Source: Candidatus Cloacimonadota bacterium
Lineage (GTDB): Bacteria; Cloacimonadota; Cloacimonadia; G963667145
Assembly: GCA_963676615.1 (NCBI GenBank)
Contig: OY781092.1
Coordinates: forward strand, 1,280,001 to 1,344,000
Direction of reading: 5' to 3'
Length of the DNA stretch: 64,000 nucleotides
Within the stretch, counting starts at the first letter, position 1, and every line of letters starts with the position of its first letter. Of this stretch, positions 29,485 through 39,973 are shown piece after piece. The notes below the pieces were generated by a model that saw only the letters and a program-made list of their open reading frames with translations, was not told the DNA's origin and did not search any database. A program made the position numbers and the translations under genes.

Positions 29485-31277
29485 AAATCAAAAATATCGC
29501 CATAATCGCCCATGTTGACCATGGCAAAACGACGCTGATGGACGCAATTTTGCACGCCACTGGCACTTTTAGCGAAAGAGAAGAGACCGTTGAACGAGTA
29601 ATGGATTCCGACAATCAAGAGCGCGAGCGGGGCATCACCATCTACGCAAAAAACGCCGCCGTAAACTACAAAGATTACAAAATCAACATCATCGACACGC
29701 CAGGGCACGCCGATTTTGGCAGCGAAGTAGAGCGCGTGCTCAAGAGCATCGACGCCACAATTTTGGTGGTGGACGCTCACGAAGGACCGATGCCCCAAAC
29801 AAAATTCGTCTTGCAAAAATCTATCGAGCAGGGCAAAAAAATCTTGGTGGTCATCAACAAAATCGACAAACCGACTTCTCGCCCAGATTGGGTCATCGAC
29901 CAGCTTTTCGACCTTTTTGTCAGCCTCGGCGCCAGCGACCAGCAGCTCGACTTTCCCTATATTTACGCCATCGCTCGCGACTCGATCGCAATCAAAAATT
30001 TGGACGACAAACATGAAAATATCGACCCGCTTTTGGACTTCATCTTGGAGCACGCACCCGATGCACCATCGGACGAAGAAGCGCCGTTCAGAATGCAGCC
30101 TGCCACTTTGGACTACGACAACTTTTTAGGCAGAATCGCCATCGGCAGAGTCTTCGAGGGAACAATCAACACCAAAGACGAAGTGTGGGTTACCACCAAA
30201 AACGGCAAAAAAAAGGGCAAAATCGAGAAACTTTTCACGCATCACGGCTTAAAAAGAGTCGAGACAAAAAAAGTAGTCGCGGGTGACATCGTCGCCATTG
30301 CGGGCATCAGCGACATCTATGTCGGGCAAACTATCGCCCAGTTTGAAGACACACCTGCGATTCCCACCACCAAAATCGACCCGCCAACTCTGGCGATGAA
30401 CTTTATGGTGAACTCCTCGCCGTTTGCGGGAAAAGAGGGAAAATTCGTCACTGGCAACCAAATCAAAGACCGACTTTTGCGAGAAACACAAACAAATGTC
30501 GGGCTGAAGCTGGAAATTTCCGAAACTTCGGACAAAATCAAAGTGCTCGGACGCGGCGAGATGCACCTTGCAGTGCTAATCGAAAATATGCGCCGAGAGG
30601 GTTTCGAGCTGCAAGTTTCGCAAGCCGAAGTGATTATGCACGAGAAAGAGGGCAAAATCTGGGAGCCTGTGGAAAATGTGGTCATAAACCTGCCCGAAGC
30701 TTACTCTGGCGCGATTATCAACCTCTTGTCACAACGAAAAGGCGAGCTATTGAACATCACCTCAGACAACGGCAACTCGACGCTCGAGTTTGAAGTCCCC
30801 TCGCGCGGACTTTTGGGCTTCCGCTCAACTTTCGTCGTCGTCACCAAAGGCGAAGGCACGCTCTTCAGCGGCTACAGCAAACTTGCACCATACTACGGCG
30901 AAATCCGCAAACGACAAGCTGGCTCGCTCATATCTGGCGAAACTGGCAAAGCCACTGGCTACTCTCTCTGGAAACTGCAAGATCGAGGTCCGCTGTTCAT
31001 TTCTGCCAACACAGACATCTACGAGGGAATGATTTTGGGCGAATCGAACAAGGGGCAAGACCTGACCGTTAACGCGATCAAAGGCAAAAAGCTGACCAAT
31101 GTGCGCTCTTCGGGAGCGGACGACGCCATCGACCTTGTGCCGCCCGTGCAAATGACGCTGGAAAAGGCGCTGGAATACATCAAAGAGGACGAATATGTGG
31201 AAATCACGCCGCAAAATATCCGCCTGCGAAAAAAATATTTAACCGAAAACGAGAGACGACGGAATTATAAGAAATAA
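29481..31277 (+). CDS. typA: Translational GTPase TypA/BipA
   Basis: AHVDHGKTTL, ERGITIYAK, DTPGHADF, GRGEMHL, EITPQNIRLRK. Confidence 0.97.
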   Translation: MKIKNIAIIAHVDHGKTTLMDAILHATGTFSEREETVERVMDSDNQERERGITIYAKNAAVNYKDYKINIIDTPGHADFGSEVERVLKSIDATILVVDAHEGPMPQTKFVLQKSIEQGKKILVVINKIDKPTSRPDWVIDQLFDLFVSLGASDQQLDFPYIYAIARDSIAIKNLDDKHENIDPLLDFILEHAPDAPSDEEAPFRMQPATLDYDNFLGRIAIGRVFEGTINTKDEVWVTTKNGKKKGKIEKLFTHHGLKRVETKKVVAGDIVAIAGISDIYVGQTIAQFEDTPAIPTTKIDPPTLAMNFMVNSSPFAGKEGKFVTGNQIKDRLLRETQTNVGLKLEISETSDKIKVLGRGEMHLAVLIENMRREGFELQVSQAEVIMHEKEGKIWEPVENVVINLPEAYSGAIINLLSQRKGELLNITSDNGNSTLEFEVPSRGLLGFRSTFVVVTKGEGTLFSGYSKLAPYYGEIRKRQAGSLISGETGKATGYSLWKLQDRGPLFISANTDIYEGMILGESNKGQDLTVNAIKGKKLTNVRSSGADDAIDLVPPVQMTLEKALEYIKEDEYVEITPQNIRLRKKYLTENERRRNYKK

Positions 31278-31296
31278 AAGTATACAAAAATAAATT

Positions 31297-31996
31297 ATGA
31301 CAAAATACCTAAAACTATTGCGAGTTAATCAGTACATTAAAAACACACTAATATTCGCCCCGCTGTTTTTCTCATTCAGCTACAACAAAACCAGTGCAAC
31401 AATCAACAGCCTAGTTGCCTTTTTACTGTTTTGTTCACTCGCCAGCTCAATTTACATAATAAACGATATTTTCGACCTAAAATCTGACCGAAAGCACCCT
31501 GTCAAAAAAAATCGCCATAATCGATTTTGTTACCGTGGGAATTTTTTATCTCATTCGCATTTTCATTGGAAGCTTTTCCTCCGGCATTTTTCCAACTCCT
31601 TGGCTAATAATTATGACATTTCTTCTATCCCTTGTGATAACCATCGCCAAGCGAAGAGGCGAACTCGTATCCCAACTACAAAACAACTCCTCACGCAAAG
31701 TCCTCTCACATTACAACAAAACCTTGCTAGATGCCTACTTGACAATGATTTCAGGCATCACCATCGTAAGCTACATCCTATATTCTCTATCACCTGAAGT
31801 TATGCTCACAATTGGCTCAAAATATTTATTCTCCACAGCTTTTTGGGTAATAATTGGCTTTTTTAGATTTTTACAATCAATTTTTGTCAACAACAGTCTC
31901 GAAGACCCAATTCGTTTTTTCTATAAAGACAATTTTATCAAAATCACTATTTTCTTATGGATTCTAAATTTTATTTTCCTAAGGAGCATAAATTGA
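31297..31996 (+). pseudogene. UbiA-family prenyltransferase (decaprenyl-phosphate phosphoribosyltransferase-like), frameshifted and internally deleted
   Basis: First frame: LRVNQYIKNTLIFAPLFF...YIINDIFD...DRKHPVKKNR; +1 frame: IDF...LIR...AKRRGEL...RKVLSHY...EDPI; the middle helices are missing. Confidence 0.85.
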
Positions 31997-32210
31997 AAAA
32001 AATAACTATTCAGTATTTTAAGATTTTCAAAACGAAATTTCAGAAAACAACAACAACAAATTGACAGCCAATCCACTGAAAAGTCTAAACTTAAAAAAAT
32101 ATTAACAAAAATATGAGAAAATGCTACACAAAATCAATAGAGTTAGGAGCCAATAGAAGAAAAAGAAATTAGTTTACTAAGTGCTTGATTGCAAAATTAT
32201 TTAACTTAAC

Positions 32211-33881
32211 TTACTTTCTAACAAACTTCTCTTTCACTAAAAGATAATGCGGATAATTTTTGACCCTAACTTTCTCGTATCCAAACTGCTCATAATTTAC
32301 CAAAAACCTCTTCCAATCATCATCGTTCTTATAATCTTCGCTTTTTAACAATCTTGGAGTAACCACAACAATATCAAAATTTTCACCGTCTAAAAATTTC
32401 TGAAAATTTTGCTTTTCTTTAGAATATGAAGACACGCAATCAAAATCACCTTCTAAATAAACGGCATAATCACCATCAGCACTCATAACTTTGGATTTTC
32501 CAGCAATATTCAAATTTTTTATTACAGACAATGTAGAAACAACTCTGTCTCCACAATATTTAGTCGGAACTGCTTGCAACACACTCATTTTTGGAGTAAT
32601 CAGCAAAATGGCAACTCCTATAAAAAAGTGCTCTTTGCATAATTTGTATCCCTTATTTACTTTACTAACAACAATCAAAATTATAAGAATTGAAAATAAA
32701 ACAATAAATAAGAGATAATGAGGTTTAGAAAAAATAAAAAAACAAGAAACTATTGAAGGGACCATACACACTCCCAAAAAAAGAATATCCCTTCTATATT
32801 TTTTAAAATTCTCGCTCCAACTCTTACATTTCTTTTTGAACTGATAAACTAAAATAAAAATAATCCCTACAAGCAGCAGTATCGCTTCAAAAATAAAACC
32901 AATCCCTACGGGAATTTTATTTATCGAAGATAAGGCAAACAAAGAACCATCAAAAAAATAAGGAGTGGGAATTAACAAATTTGAATGAACCAAAAACAAG
33001 CCCATTCCAATTTTAAAAGTATTATAAACATTATAAATAATATGCTTAAAAACAATTAAAGGGTTAGCAAAAACACACTGCAAAATTGTTTTTGCCTCTC
33101 CAAAATTGATTTTCATAATAGTTGAATACTCTTTCCAAGAATCCAATGAACTTTCATTCCAGACTACCCAATTTAAACAAAAATGATCCCTAAAAGCAGC
33201 AAAACTACGACCACCACCAAAAGGATTTCCTAACGCTCCAACCACCAAAAAGATAAAAACAAAAGTTCCTAAAAGAACAAAAACATCTTTTTTCCCCCTT
33301 ACATGCAAAACCATAAAAAGAACAAATAGAATCATAAAAGAAAGAAAAAATTCTGGTCGAATATAGCTAGCAAGAAAAACACCAAAAGAATTCACTAGAA
33401 ATTGCCAATTCCTACTCAGTCTGGAACTCAAAATAAAGATAAACAGCAAAAACATCATTGAGAAATTAGAAACTCTCGGCCAAATCGCCAAATTCGCATA
33501 AGATATCAAAAAAAGAAAAGCAAATCCTAAACTATAGTATAAAGAGACTTTCCGTGTCCTCAAAAATAAAAAAATTAAAACAGGCAAAGATATTACTTGG
33601 ATATAGTAATTAAAATAGTACAGTTCAATATTATTTTGCACAAAAAAGGATAAAAAATAATACCACAAGGAATATATTGGCCCCCAATCTGGTGTTGGGA
33701 ATCCATTCGTCAAAAGGTTTAGACCAGCCCTCAAATAAAAAGTTTCATCGTGCAAGCCAATATCAATAATTTTCTCTAAACCAAAAGAGTATTTTAAACC
33801 TGCCAAGACTAAAATTAGGCTAAAAAAAATATCAACTTTTTTAGAGCGAAGAAAAAACTTAAATTTACCAATCGCTTTCAC
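32211..33881 (-). CDS. Polytopic membrane protein, possible GT-C glycosyltransferase
   Basis: N-terminal helix followed by HDETFY acidic motif, more than 10 hydrophobic segments, very AT-rich. Confidence 0.5.
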   Translation of the reverse strand: MKAIGKFKFFLRSKKVDIFFSLILVLAGLKYSFGLEKIIDIGLHDETFYLRAGLNLLTNGFPTPDWGPIYSLWYYFLSFFVQNNIELYYFNYYIQVISLPVLIFLFLRTRKVSLYYSLGFAFLFLISYANLAIWPRVSNFSMMFLLFIFILSSRLSRNWQFLVNSFGVFLASYIRPEFFLSFMILFVLFMVLHVRGKKDVFVLLGTFVFIFLVVGALGNPFGGGRSFAAFRDHFCLNWVVWNESSLDSWKEYSTIMKINFGEAKTILQCVFANPLIVFKHIIYNVYNTFKIGMGLFLVHSNLLIPTPYFFDGSLFALSSINKIPVGIGFIFEAILLLVGIIFILVYQFKKKCKSWSENFKKYRRDILFLGVCMVPSIVSCFFIFSKPHYLLFIVLFSILIILIVVSKVNKGYKLCKEHFFIGVAILLITPKMSVLQAVPTKYCGDRVVSTLSVIKNLNIAGKSKVMSADGDYAVYLEGDFDCVSSYSKEKQNFQKFLDGENFDIVVVTPRLLKSEDYKNDDDWKRFLVNYEQFGYEKVRVKNYPHYLLVKEKFVRK

Positions 33882-33898
33882 AAAAACCTCACTTTTAC

Positions 33899-33933
33899 AA
33901 AAAACCCTCGCTTTCTCAAAAAAAGCAAGGGTT
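33899..33933 (-). terminator. Intrinsic terminator after the lipoprotein gene
   Basis: AACCCT(C)GCTTT...AAAGC(A)AGGGTT stem with a U tail on the minus strand. Confidence 0.7.
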
Positions 33934-33951
33934 AATTTTTAATCTAACAGA

Positions 33952-34497
33952 CTACTCTGCTGTCTCTTTCTCCAACTCTTGAAAACTTTGCGAAGCTTTA
34001 AAAGCGTTGTAAAGAGCCTCTTCCTTTTGGATTTCGCCTTTCAGCACTTTGTCGATGATATCCTTGGGAACAGACAAGCGGACAAAAGCTTTGTAAACAC
34101 CGTCTTTCTTGATAATCTCTCGTTTGCTCACATAAGTCCCGCTAAATTTCGTGTTCGCCACGGTTTTCACGGTCTTGCTCGTGAGAGCAGTAATCGTCGG
34201 ATTATCGGTGCCGACCTCTTCCATATAGTTCTTCACCATGCCTTTCACATAAACTTCCACATAGTTGGCAGACTCCAGACGAGCGTTCGCCACCGCAGCA
34301 TCGTAAGCCAAATTCTCGTTGTGCTTCTCGGCATTACCAAAGAAATAAAGATTCTCTTGGCTGTTTTGCTCATCGAACCATGCAGGACGATAAACCTTCT
34401 CGAAGCCTTCTGGACGCTCAACCTCGTCGGAAGCAGAAGAGCAACCAAGAGCAAGCATCGCTGCCAAAGCCAAAGCCATTAAGACTATTTTTTTCAT
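33952..34497 (-). CDS. LPP20-like lipoprotein
   Basis: Lipobox ALGC, PAWF, A...ANAR pattern; AAGGAGG RBS. Confidence 0.65.
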   Translation of the reverse strand: MKKIVLMALALAAMLALGCSSASDEVERPEGFEKVYRPAWFDEQNSQENLYFFGNAEKHNENLAYDAAVANARLESANYVEVYVKGMVKNYMEEVGTDNPTITALTSKTVKTVANTKFSGTYVSKREIIKKDGVYKAFVRLSVPKDIIDKVLKGEIQKEEALYNAFKASQSFQELEKETAE

Positions 34498-34539
34498 ATT
34501 TCCTCCTTAACTTTCACAAAGTTTTCGGAACCAAGCGAA

Positions 34540-35724
34540 TTACAAATTAACTCTGTTTTTTCCAGCGCTGATAAGTTTTTCCAAAGTTGCAACAGGATTT
34601 TTGCTCTTAGCCAGCAAAATCATTGCCGCGATAACAACAGGCTTGAAGCTCGCTTGATGATATGTATCTTTGAGGTGCTTGTCGAAAACTTCTCTAGTCA
34701 CCTCGCCCTCTTTACAAGAAAGACCTGTGATATCCGCAGGAAGCGGGTGCATATAAAGTGCGTTATTGGTCAAAGACTCCATCTTGGCGTCGTATTCCCA
34801 GTTAACATACTTTTTGTTCTCGGCAAGACACTCTTGCTCCAGATTTTTCAAACCAGCTTGATCCCCAGCGTGCAAAAGGTCGCGACGACGCTCCATCACA
34901 TTAAAAGAAGCCCAAGATTTTGGACAAACAACATCAGCGTCTTTCATCGCCTCAGACATATCGTGCACAACATTGAAAGTTCCGCCAGTCTCAGCAGACT
35001 GCTTTTTGCAAGTATCCAAAACATCTGGAAGCAAATCGTAGCCCTCTGGGTGAGCCAAAGTGATATCCATTCCAAATCTAGACATAAGCCCGATCATACC
35101 TTGAGCAACAGACAACGGTTTGCCGTAGCTAGGAGAGTATGCCCAAGACATTACCAATTTTTTGCCCTTCAGATTCTCCAAAGAACCGAAATGATCTTTG
35201 ATTTTGCACAAGTCGCTCATAGATTGAGTTGGGTGATCGATGTCAGATTGCAAAGAAACGACATTAGGTCTTTGGTGCAAAATGCCTTCTGAATGACCGA
35301 ATTTAACAGCTTCAGACACCTCTCTTTGATATTTGTCGCCCTCGTGAATATACATATCGTCACGAATACCAATCACATCAGCCATAAAGCTCACCATATT
35401 GGCAGTCTCGCGAACTGTCTCACCGTGAGCGATTTGCGACTTGTTCTCATCGAGGTCTTGCACAGTAAGTCCAAGAGCATTACAAGCAGAAGCGAAGCTG
35501 AAACGAGTTCTGGTAGAGTTATCGCGGAAAATCGAAATTCCCAATCCGCTTTCAAAAATTTTGGTAGAAATTCCTTGGCGATGCATCTCTTTGATGAGCT
35601 CTGCTGTGAGCATTGTCGCCTTGATGTCGTCCATAGATTTTTCCCAAGTGAGCAAAAAATCTTTGCCGAACATGTCGATGTTGAGCTTTTTTAAAGCTGC
35701 AATGTTTTCAGTTAAAATTGACAT
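34540..35724 (-). CDS. ygeW: Knotted carbamoyltransferase YgeW
   Basis: FRDNSTRTRFS, SQIAHGETVRETA, DHPTQ, SWAYSPSYGKPLSV, MHPLPAD. Confidence 0.9.
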   Translation of the reverse strand: MSILTENIAALKKLNIDMFGKDFLLTWEKSMDDIKATMLTAELIKEMHRQGISTKIFESGLGISIFRDNSTRTRFSFASACNALGLTVQDLDENKSQIAHGETVRETANMVSFMADVIGIRDDMYIHEGDKYQREVSEAVKFGHSEGILHQRPNVVSLQSDIDHPTQSMSDLCKIKDHFGSLENLKGKKLVMSWAYSPSYGKPLSVAQGMIGLMSRFGMDITLAHPEGYDLLPDVLDTCKKQSAETGGTFNVVHDMSEAMKDADVVCPKSWASFNVMERRRDLLHAGDQAGLKNLEQECLAENKKYVNWEYDAKMESLTNNALYMHPLPADITGLSCKEGEVTREVFDKHLKDTYHQASFKPVVIAAMILLAKSKNPVATLEKLISAGKNRVNL

Positions 35725-35955
35725 TTTTTTCTCCTATTTTAAAAATAAATTTCTTCAAATGTGGTGTCACCACTTAATTGTATCAAATCTTAGCCACCCT
35801 TTTTTTCGTCAAGAATTTTATAAAAAACTCTAAAAATCCTGCCTAAAAATCGGTTTTTCCCCGAAAAACTCTTGACCAAATTTTTGCCTCTCGCATCATC
35901 TTTCCCAAAAAAAATAATTGATTAAATTTTCTAAAATATCAAGGAGCAGAATTTT

Positions 35956-36438
35956 ATGGATATCAAAATCGAGCCGATTAAAGTGCCTGGCGACACCAAC
36001 ATTATTTTTGGGATGAGCCACTTTATCAAAACCGTCGAAGACCTCTACGAAGTGATTGTCAACACTGTGCCCGGCGCCAAATTCGGGCTTGCCTTCAACG
36101 AAGCCAGCGGTCCGTGCCTTGTGCGATACGAGGGCAACGACGAGCGTCTGATAGAAGCCGCCAAAGAAAACCAAAAACGCATCGGCGCAGGTCACACCTT
36201 CCTGATTTTGCTCAAAGACGCTTTCCCTATCAACATTTTGCCGGGCATAAAAGCGTGCCGAGAAGTCGCCAGCGTTTTTTGCGCCACAGCAAATCCCGTG
36301 CAAGTGCTGCTCGCCGAAAGCGACGGCGGTCGTGGCGTCATCGGCGTTATCGACGGCAAATCGCCCAAAGGCATCGAACTCGCCAGCGAAAAACGGGAGC
36401 GCACAGAGTTCCTCAAAAAAATAGGCTACAAAAAATAG
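35956..36438 (+). CDS. Adenosine-binding protein / adenosine-specific kinase family (DUF355)
   Basis: GMSHFIKTVEDL, FGLAFNEASG, FPIN, CATANP, GVIDG. Confidence 0.85.
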   Translation: MDIKIEPIKVPGDTNIIFGMSHFIKTVEDLYEVIVNTVPGAKFGLAFNEASGPCLVRYEGNDERLIEAAKENQKRIGAGHTFLILLKDAFPINILPGIKACREVASVFCATANPVQVLLAESDGGRGVIGVIDGKSPKGIELASEKRERTEFLKKIGYKK

Positions 36439-36439
36439 T

Positions 36440-38011
36440 ATGGCAGACTACATCGAAGTCCCCGCAAGCAGCTACATCCGCTACGGCAACATCTACTCCT
36501 ACGCACTTTTGGGCATCGACGCGTATCCCATTCAAATCGAAAGCGATATCCGCTCTGGCTTCTCCAAATTCTCAATCGTCGGGCTGCCATCGTCGTCGGT
36601 AAAAGAGAGCAAAGACCGCGTAACTGCCGCCATTCGCAACTCTGGCTTCACCTTCAAGCCTTTCGTTTACACCATCAACCTCGCGCCAGCCGACCTGCCA
36701 AAAGACGGCGTCGCCACCGATTTGCCCATCGCTCTGTCAATTCTGAAAGCCTCTGGGCAACTACAATATCCAAAAAATCTGAAATACGCTTTCATCGGCG
36801 AGCTTTCCCTAAGCGGCAAACTGCGCCCTGTGAAAGGCATCTTGCCGATGGTGATGCAAGCCAAAAAAAACAATCTCGACGCGATAATTTTGCCAAAAGA
36901 GAACCAACAAGAGGCGTCAATCGTCAAAGATGTGAAAATCATCGGCGTGCAGACGCTGCGCGAGTGCGTCCAATTTCTGCAAAACGAAATCGCCATCCAG
37001 CCGACTCCGTTCAAATTTGACCAGACAAAACTCACGCCGCAGCAAAGCCTTGATATGTATGATGTCAAAGGGCAAATGCAAGTCAAGCGCGCCCTGGAAA
37101 TCGCCGCTGCTGGCGGACACAACATTCTGATGATCGGACCTCCTGGCTCTGGGAAAACGATGCTCGCCAAACGCCTAACCTCAATTCTCCCCGATATGAG
37201 CCTCGAGGAAATTTTACAAACCACCAAAATCTACTCCATCGCAGGCAAACTCATCGACCAAGAGCAAAACATCGTCGCCACAAGACCTTTCCGCTCGCCG
37301 CACCACACCATCAGCGACATCGCCCTCATCGGCGGCGGCTCTTTCCCAAAACCAGGCGAGGTGTCGCTTGCGCACAACGGCGTCCTGTTTTTGGACGAAC
37401 TGCCCGAGTTCAAAAAAAATGTGCTCGAAGTTTTGCGGCAACCTCTGGAAGACGGCACGGTCTGCATCGCCAGAGCCAACAGCACGCTCAGCTTCCCCGC
37501 AGATTTTATGCTCGTCGCCTCGATGAACCCATGCCCCTGCGGCTACTACGGCAGCAATATCGCCGGGCACGAATGCACCTGCTCGCCCTCATCAATTCAG
37601 CGCTATCGCTCCCGAATTTCCGGGCCACTTCTGGACAGATTCGACATCCACATCGAAGTCAGCGCCTTGCAATACGAAGAGCTAGAGGCTCTGCCCTGCG
37701 GAGAGTCGTCGCAAGCAATCCGCCAGCGCGTGAACAAAGTCCGCAAACAGCAGCAAGAAAAGCTCTCGGGGATTTTTTCCAACTCCCAAATGCTGCCCAG
37801 CCACATCCGCAAATATTGCCAAATCGACGCGCAAAGCTCCAAAATCCTCAAAACCGCCATTGAACAGATGGGACTCTCGGCGCGCGCCTACGACAAAATC
37901 CTCAAAATCTCGCGCACCATCGCCGATATGGAAGGCAGCGACAAAATCAAATCGCACCACATTTCCGAAGCGATCCAATACCGCAGCCTAGACCGAAAAT
38001 TTTGGGAGTAA
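36440..38011 (+). CDS. comM: YifB/ComM Mg-chelatase-like AAA+ ATPase
   Basis: IVGLP...VKESKDRV, INLAPADL, GPPGSGKTMLA, PFRSPHH, LFLDELPEF, NPCPCG. Confidence 0.92.
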   Translation: MADYIEVPASSYIRYGNIYSYALLGIDAYPIQIESDIRSGFSKFSIVGLPSSSVKESKDRVTAAIRNSGFTFKPFVYTINLAPADLPKDGVATDLPIALSILKASGQLQYPKNLKYAFIGELSLSGKLRPVKGILPMVMQAKKNNLDAIILPKENQQEASIVKDVKIIGVQTLRECVQFLQNEIAIQPTPFKFDQTKLTPQQSLDMYDVKGQMQVKRALEIAAAGGHNILMIGPPGSGKTMLAKRLTSILPDMSLEEILQTTKIYSIAGKLIDQEQNIVATRPFRSPHHTISDIALIGGGSFPKPGEVSLAHNGVLFLDELPEFKKNVLEVLRQPLEDGTVCIARANSTLSFPADFMLVASMNPCPCGYYGSNIAGHECTCSPSSIQRYRSRISGPLLDRFDIHIEVSALQYEELEALPCGESSQAIRQRVNKVRKQQQEKLSGIFSNSQMLPSHIRKYCQIDAQSSKILKTAIEQMGLSARAYDKILKISRTIADMEGSDKIKSHHISEAIQYRSLDRKFWE

Positions 38012-38093
38012 CAAGATTTTTGTTGACAAGGCAACAAACTTCTAAATATTTAGAGTTCACAATTGTTCATTTTTCAAAAAAGAGGAGGAAATT

Positions 38094-38465
38094 ATGAGCA
38101 AACAAGAACTTGGATTTTGCGGAGTAGATTGCGGGATATGCCCCGTTTTTATCGCAACAAAAGCAAACAGCGACGAAAAACGAAAAGAGGTCGCCGAACT
38201 TTTAGCCAAAAAATACGGCGTAGAAGTTAAGCCTGAAGACCTCAACTGCACGGGCTGCTATCCAGCCACAATGAACGGCACCGCTATTATGGGGCACTGC
38301 GCGACTTGCGTTTTGAGACCTTGCGCAAAAGAACACGGCGTCCGCACCTGCGCAGAATGTCCAGAATACGCTTGCGAAAAATTGCAAAAAGTCTGGCAAG
38401 AGATCCCAAACAGCGACGAGGCAAAAAGCAACCTTTTCGCCATCAAAAAGCCAGACAATCTGTAA
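38094..38465 (+). CDS. Cys-rich DUF3795-like protein
   Basis: CGVDCGIC, CTGC, CATC..RPC, CAECPEYAC; GAGGAGG RBS. Confidence 0.75.
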   Translation: MSKQELGFCGVDCGICPVFIATKANSDEKRKEVAELLAKKYGVEVKPEDLNCTGCYPATMNGTAIMGHCATCVLRPCAKEHGVRTCAECPEYACEKLQKVWQEIPNSDEAKSNLFAIKKPDNL

Positions 38466-38497
38466 GCCAAAATTTCGTTCAAGGAAAAGGAGATTTT

Positions 38498-39070
38498 ATG
38501 GAAATTTTAGCCATCAATGGCAGTCCACGAAAAAACGGCACAAGCCAAACAGCGCTTAACTTATTGCTCGAAAAAATCGACAAAACCAGCAACATCCGTA
38601 GATTCGACCTCAACTCGATGAACATCAAAGGCTGTCAGGAGTGCTTTGTTTGCCGCACCCAAAAAACAGATAATTGCGCGATAAACGACGGTGTTTCCGA
38701 AATTTTGGAGTTAGCAAAAAAAACAGACGCCATAATCGTCTCTACGCCCGTATTTTACGGCGACATCACCGCCCAGTTAAAATGCTTCATCGACCGCACT
38801 TGGTCGTATCTTGGCAAAACTGGCTTCTCGGCAGAGCACCTTCCGCGCGACAGAACGCTCGTCTTCATTCTCTCCTACGGCTACGACGACCCAGCCGTTT
38901 ACGACTCGATTTTCGAAAAATACAAAACCTATTTCAATATGTATGGATTCGACGATTGCTACTTCGTAAAAGCGATTGGAGCGCAATATAACAAGCCCGA
39001 AATAGTCAACAAACCCGAAATGCTCAAGGCGATAGACGAGATTTCTGCGACGATTAACAAAAAACAGTAA
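38498..39070 (+). CDS. Flavodoxin / iron-sulfur flavoprotein family
   Basis: INGSPRKNG, CQECFVC...C, TPVFYG...QLKCFIDR; start ATG 38498 after AAGGAG. Confidence 0.85.
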   Translation: MEILAINGSPRKNGTSQTALNLLLEKIDKTSNIRRFDLNSMNIKGCQECFVCRTQKTDNCAINDGVSEILELAKKTDAIIVSTPVFYGDITAQLKCFIDRTWSYLGKTGFSAEHLPRDRTLVFILSYGYDDPAVYDSIFEKYKTYFNMYGFDDCYFVKAIGAQYNKPEIVNKPEMLKAIDEISATINKKQ

Positions 39071-39102
39071 TTCAAAAAATCATAAAGGAAAAGGAGATTT
39101 TT

Positions 39103-39969
39103 ATGGAATTAAAAGGAAGAATTGCAGTCGTAACTGGCTCGAACACAGGCATCGGATTTGAGACGGCGCTGGAGCTATATAAACTCGGGGCAAAGGTCTA
39201 TATCGCCACGCGCGACGAGAAAAAAGCCGCAGTGGCAATCCAAAAAATGCAGGCTCAAAACGGCGCTGGCGAGCTTGTTTATGGGCGTCTGAACTTGGCG
39301 AGCCTTGCTTCTGTGAAAGAGTTTGCCGAAAAAATCAACAAAACCGAATCCAGGCTGGATATTTTGGTCAACAACGCTGGTGTAATGATTCCGCCCGCAT
39401 CAAAAAGCGACGACGGCTTTGAGCTTCAATTTGGCGTCAACTTTGTCGGACATTTTGCGCTAACTGGGCACTTGTTCAAACTTTTGGAAGCGACAAAAGG
39501 CGCGCGGGTAGTGACTCTCAGCAGCATCGCACACAGAGGAGCGGCTATCGATTTTGACAATTTTCATCTGGAAAAAGAGTATGACAAATGGCGCGAATAC
39601 AGCCAAAGCAAATTGGCGGACATTATTTTTGCGCTCGAATTTGACAAGCGGCTAAAAGAAAAAGGTTGCCAGACCATTTCTATGGCGGCGCATCCGGGAT
39701 TTAGCAAGACCGATTTGCAAAAACATATGGACAAAGAGATGCTCGATTCTCTGGATATGATGACAGCCAAAGACGGTGCGCAGCCTTCTCTTGCGGCTTG
39801 TCTGCGACCAGAAGCCAAAGGCGGGCAATATTGGGGACCCGACGGACCAAACGAACAAAAAGGCAAGCCAGCTTTGGCGAAAATTGACGCTGTCGCCCTC
39901 GACGAAAAATTGAACGAAAAACTTTGGGATTGGGCAGAAAAAGCGACCCAAATAAGTTTTCCATCGTAA
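39103..39969 (+). CDS. Short-chain dehydrogenase/reductase
   Basis: TGSNTGIG, NNAG, YSQSK, HPG. Confidence 0.92.
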   Translation: MELKGRIAVVTGSNTGIGFETALELYKLGAKVYIATRDEKKAAVAIQKMQAQNGAGELVYGRLNLASLASVKEFAEKINKTESRLDILVNNAGVMIPPASKSDDGFELQFGVNFVGHFALTGHLFKLLEATKGARVVTLSSIAHRGAAIDFDNFHLEKEYDKWREYSQSKLADIIFALEFDKRLKEKGCQTISMAAHPGFSKTDLQKHMDKEMLDSLDMMTAKDGAQPSLAACLRPEAKGGQYWGPDGPNEQKGKPALAKIDAVALDEKLNEKLWDWAEKATQISFPS

Positions 39970-39973
39970 AAAA

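Noticed and set aside
31504..31511. A8 tract as a phase-variable or programmed frameshift switch for ubiA
   Set aside because: Restoring the frame still leaves the protein about 55-60 aa short, so a deletion explains it better
36440..38011. Element integrated into comM
   Set aside because: comM is full length and no integrase or att repeats are visible
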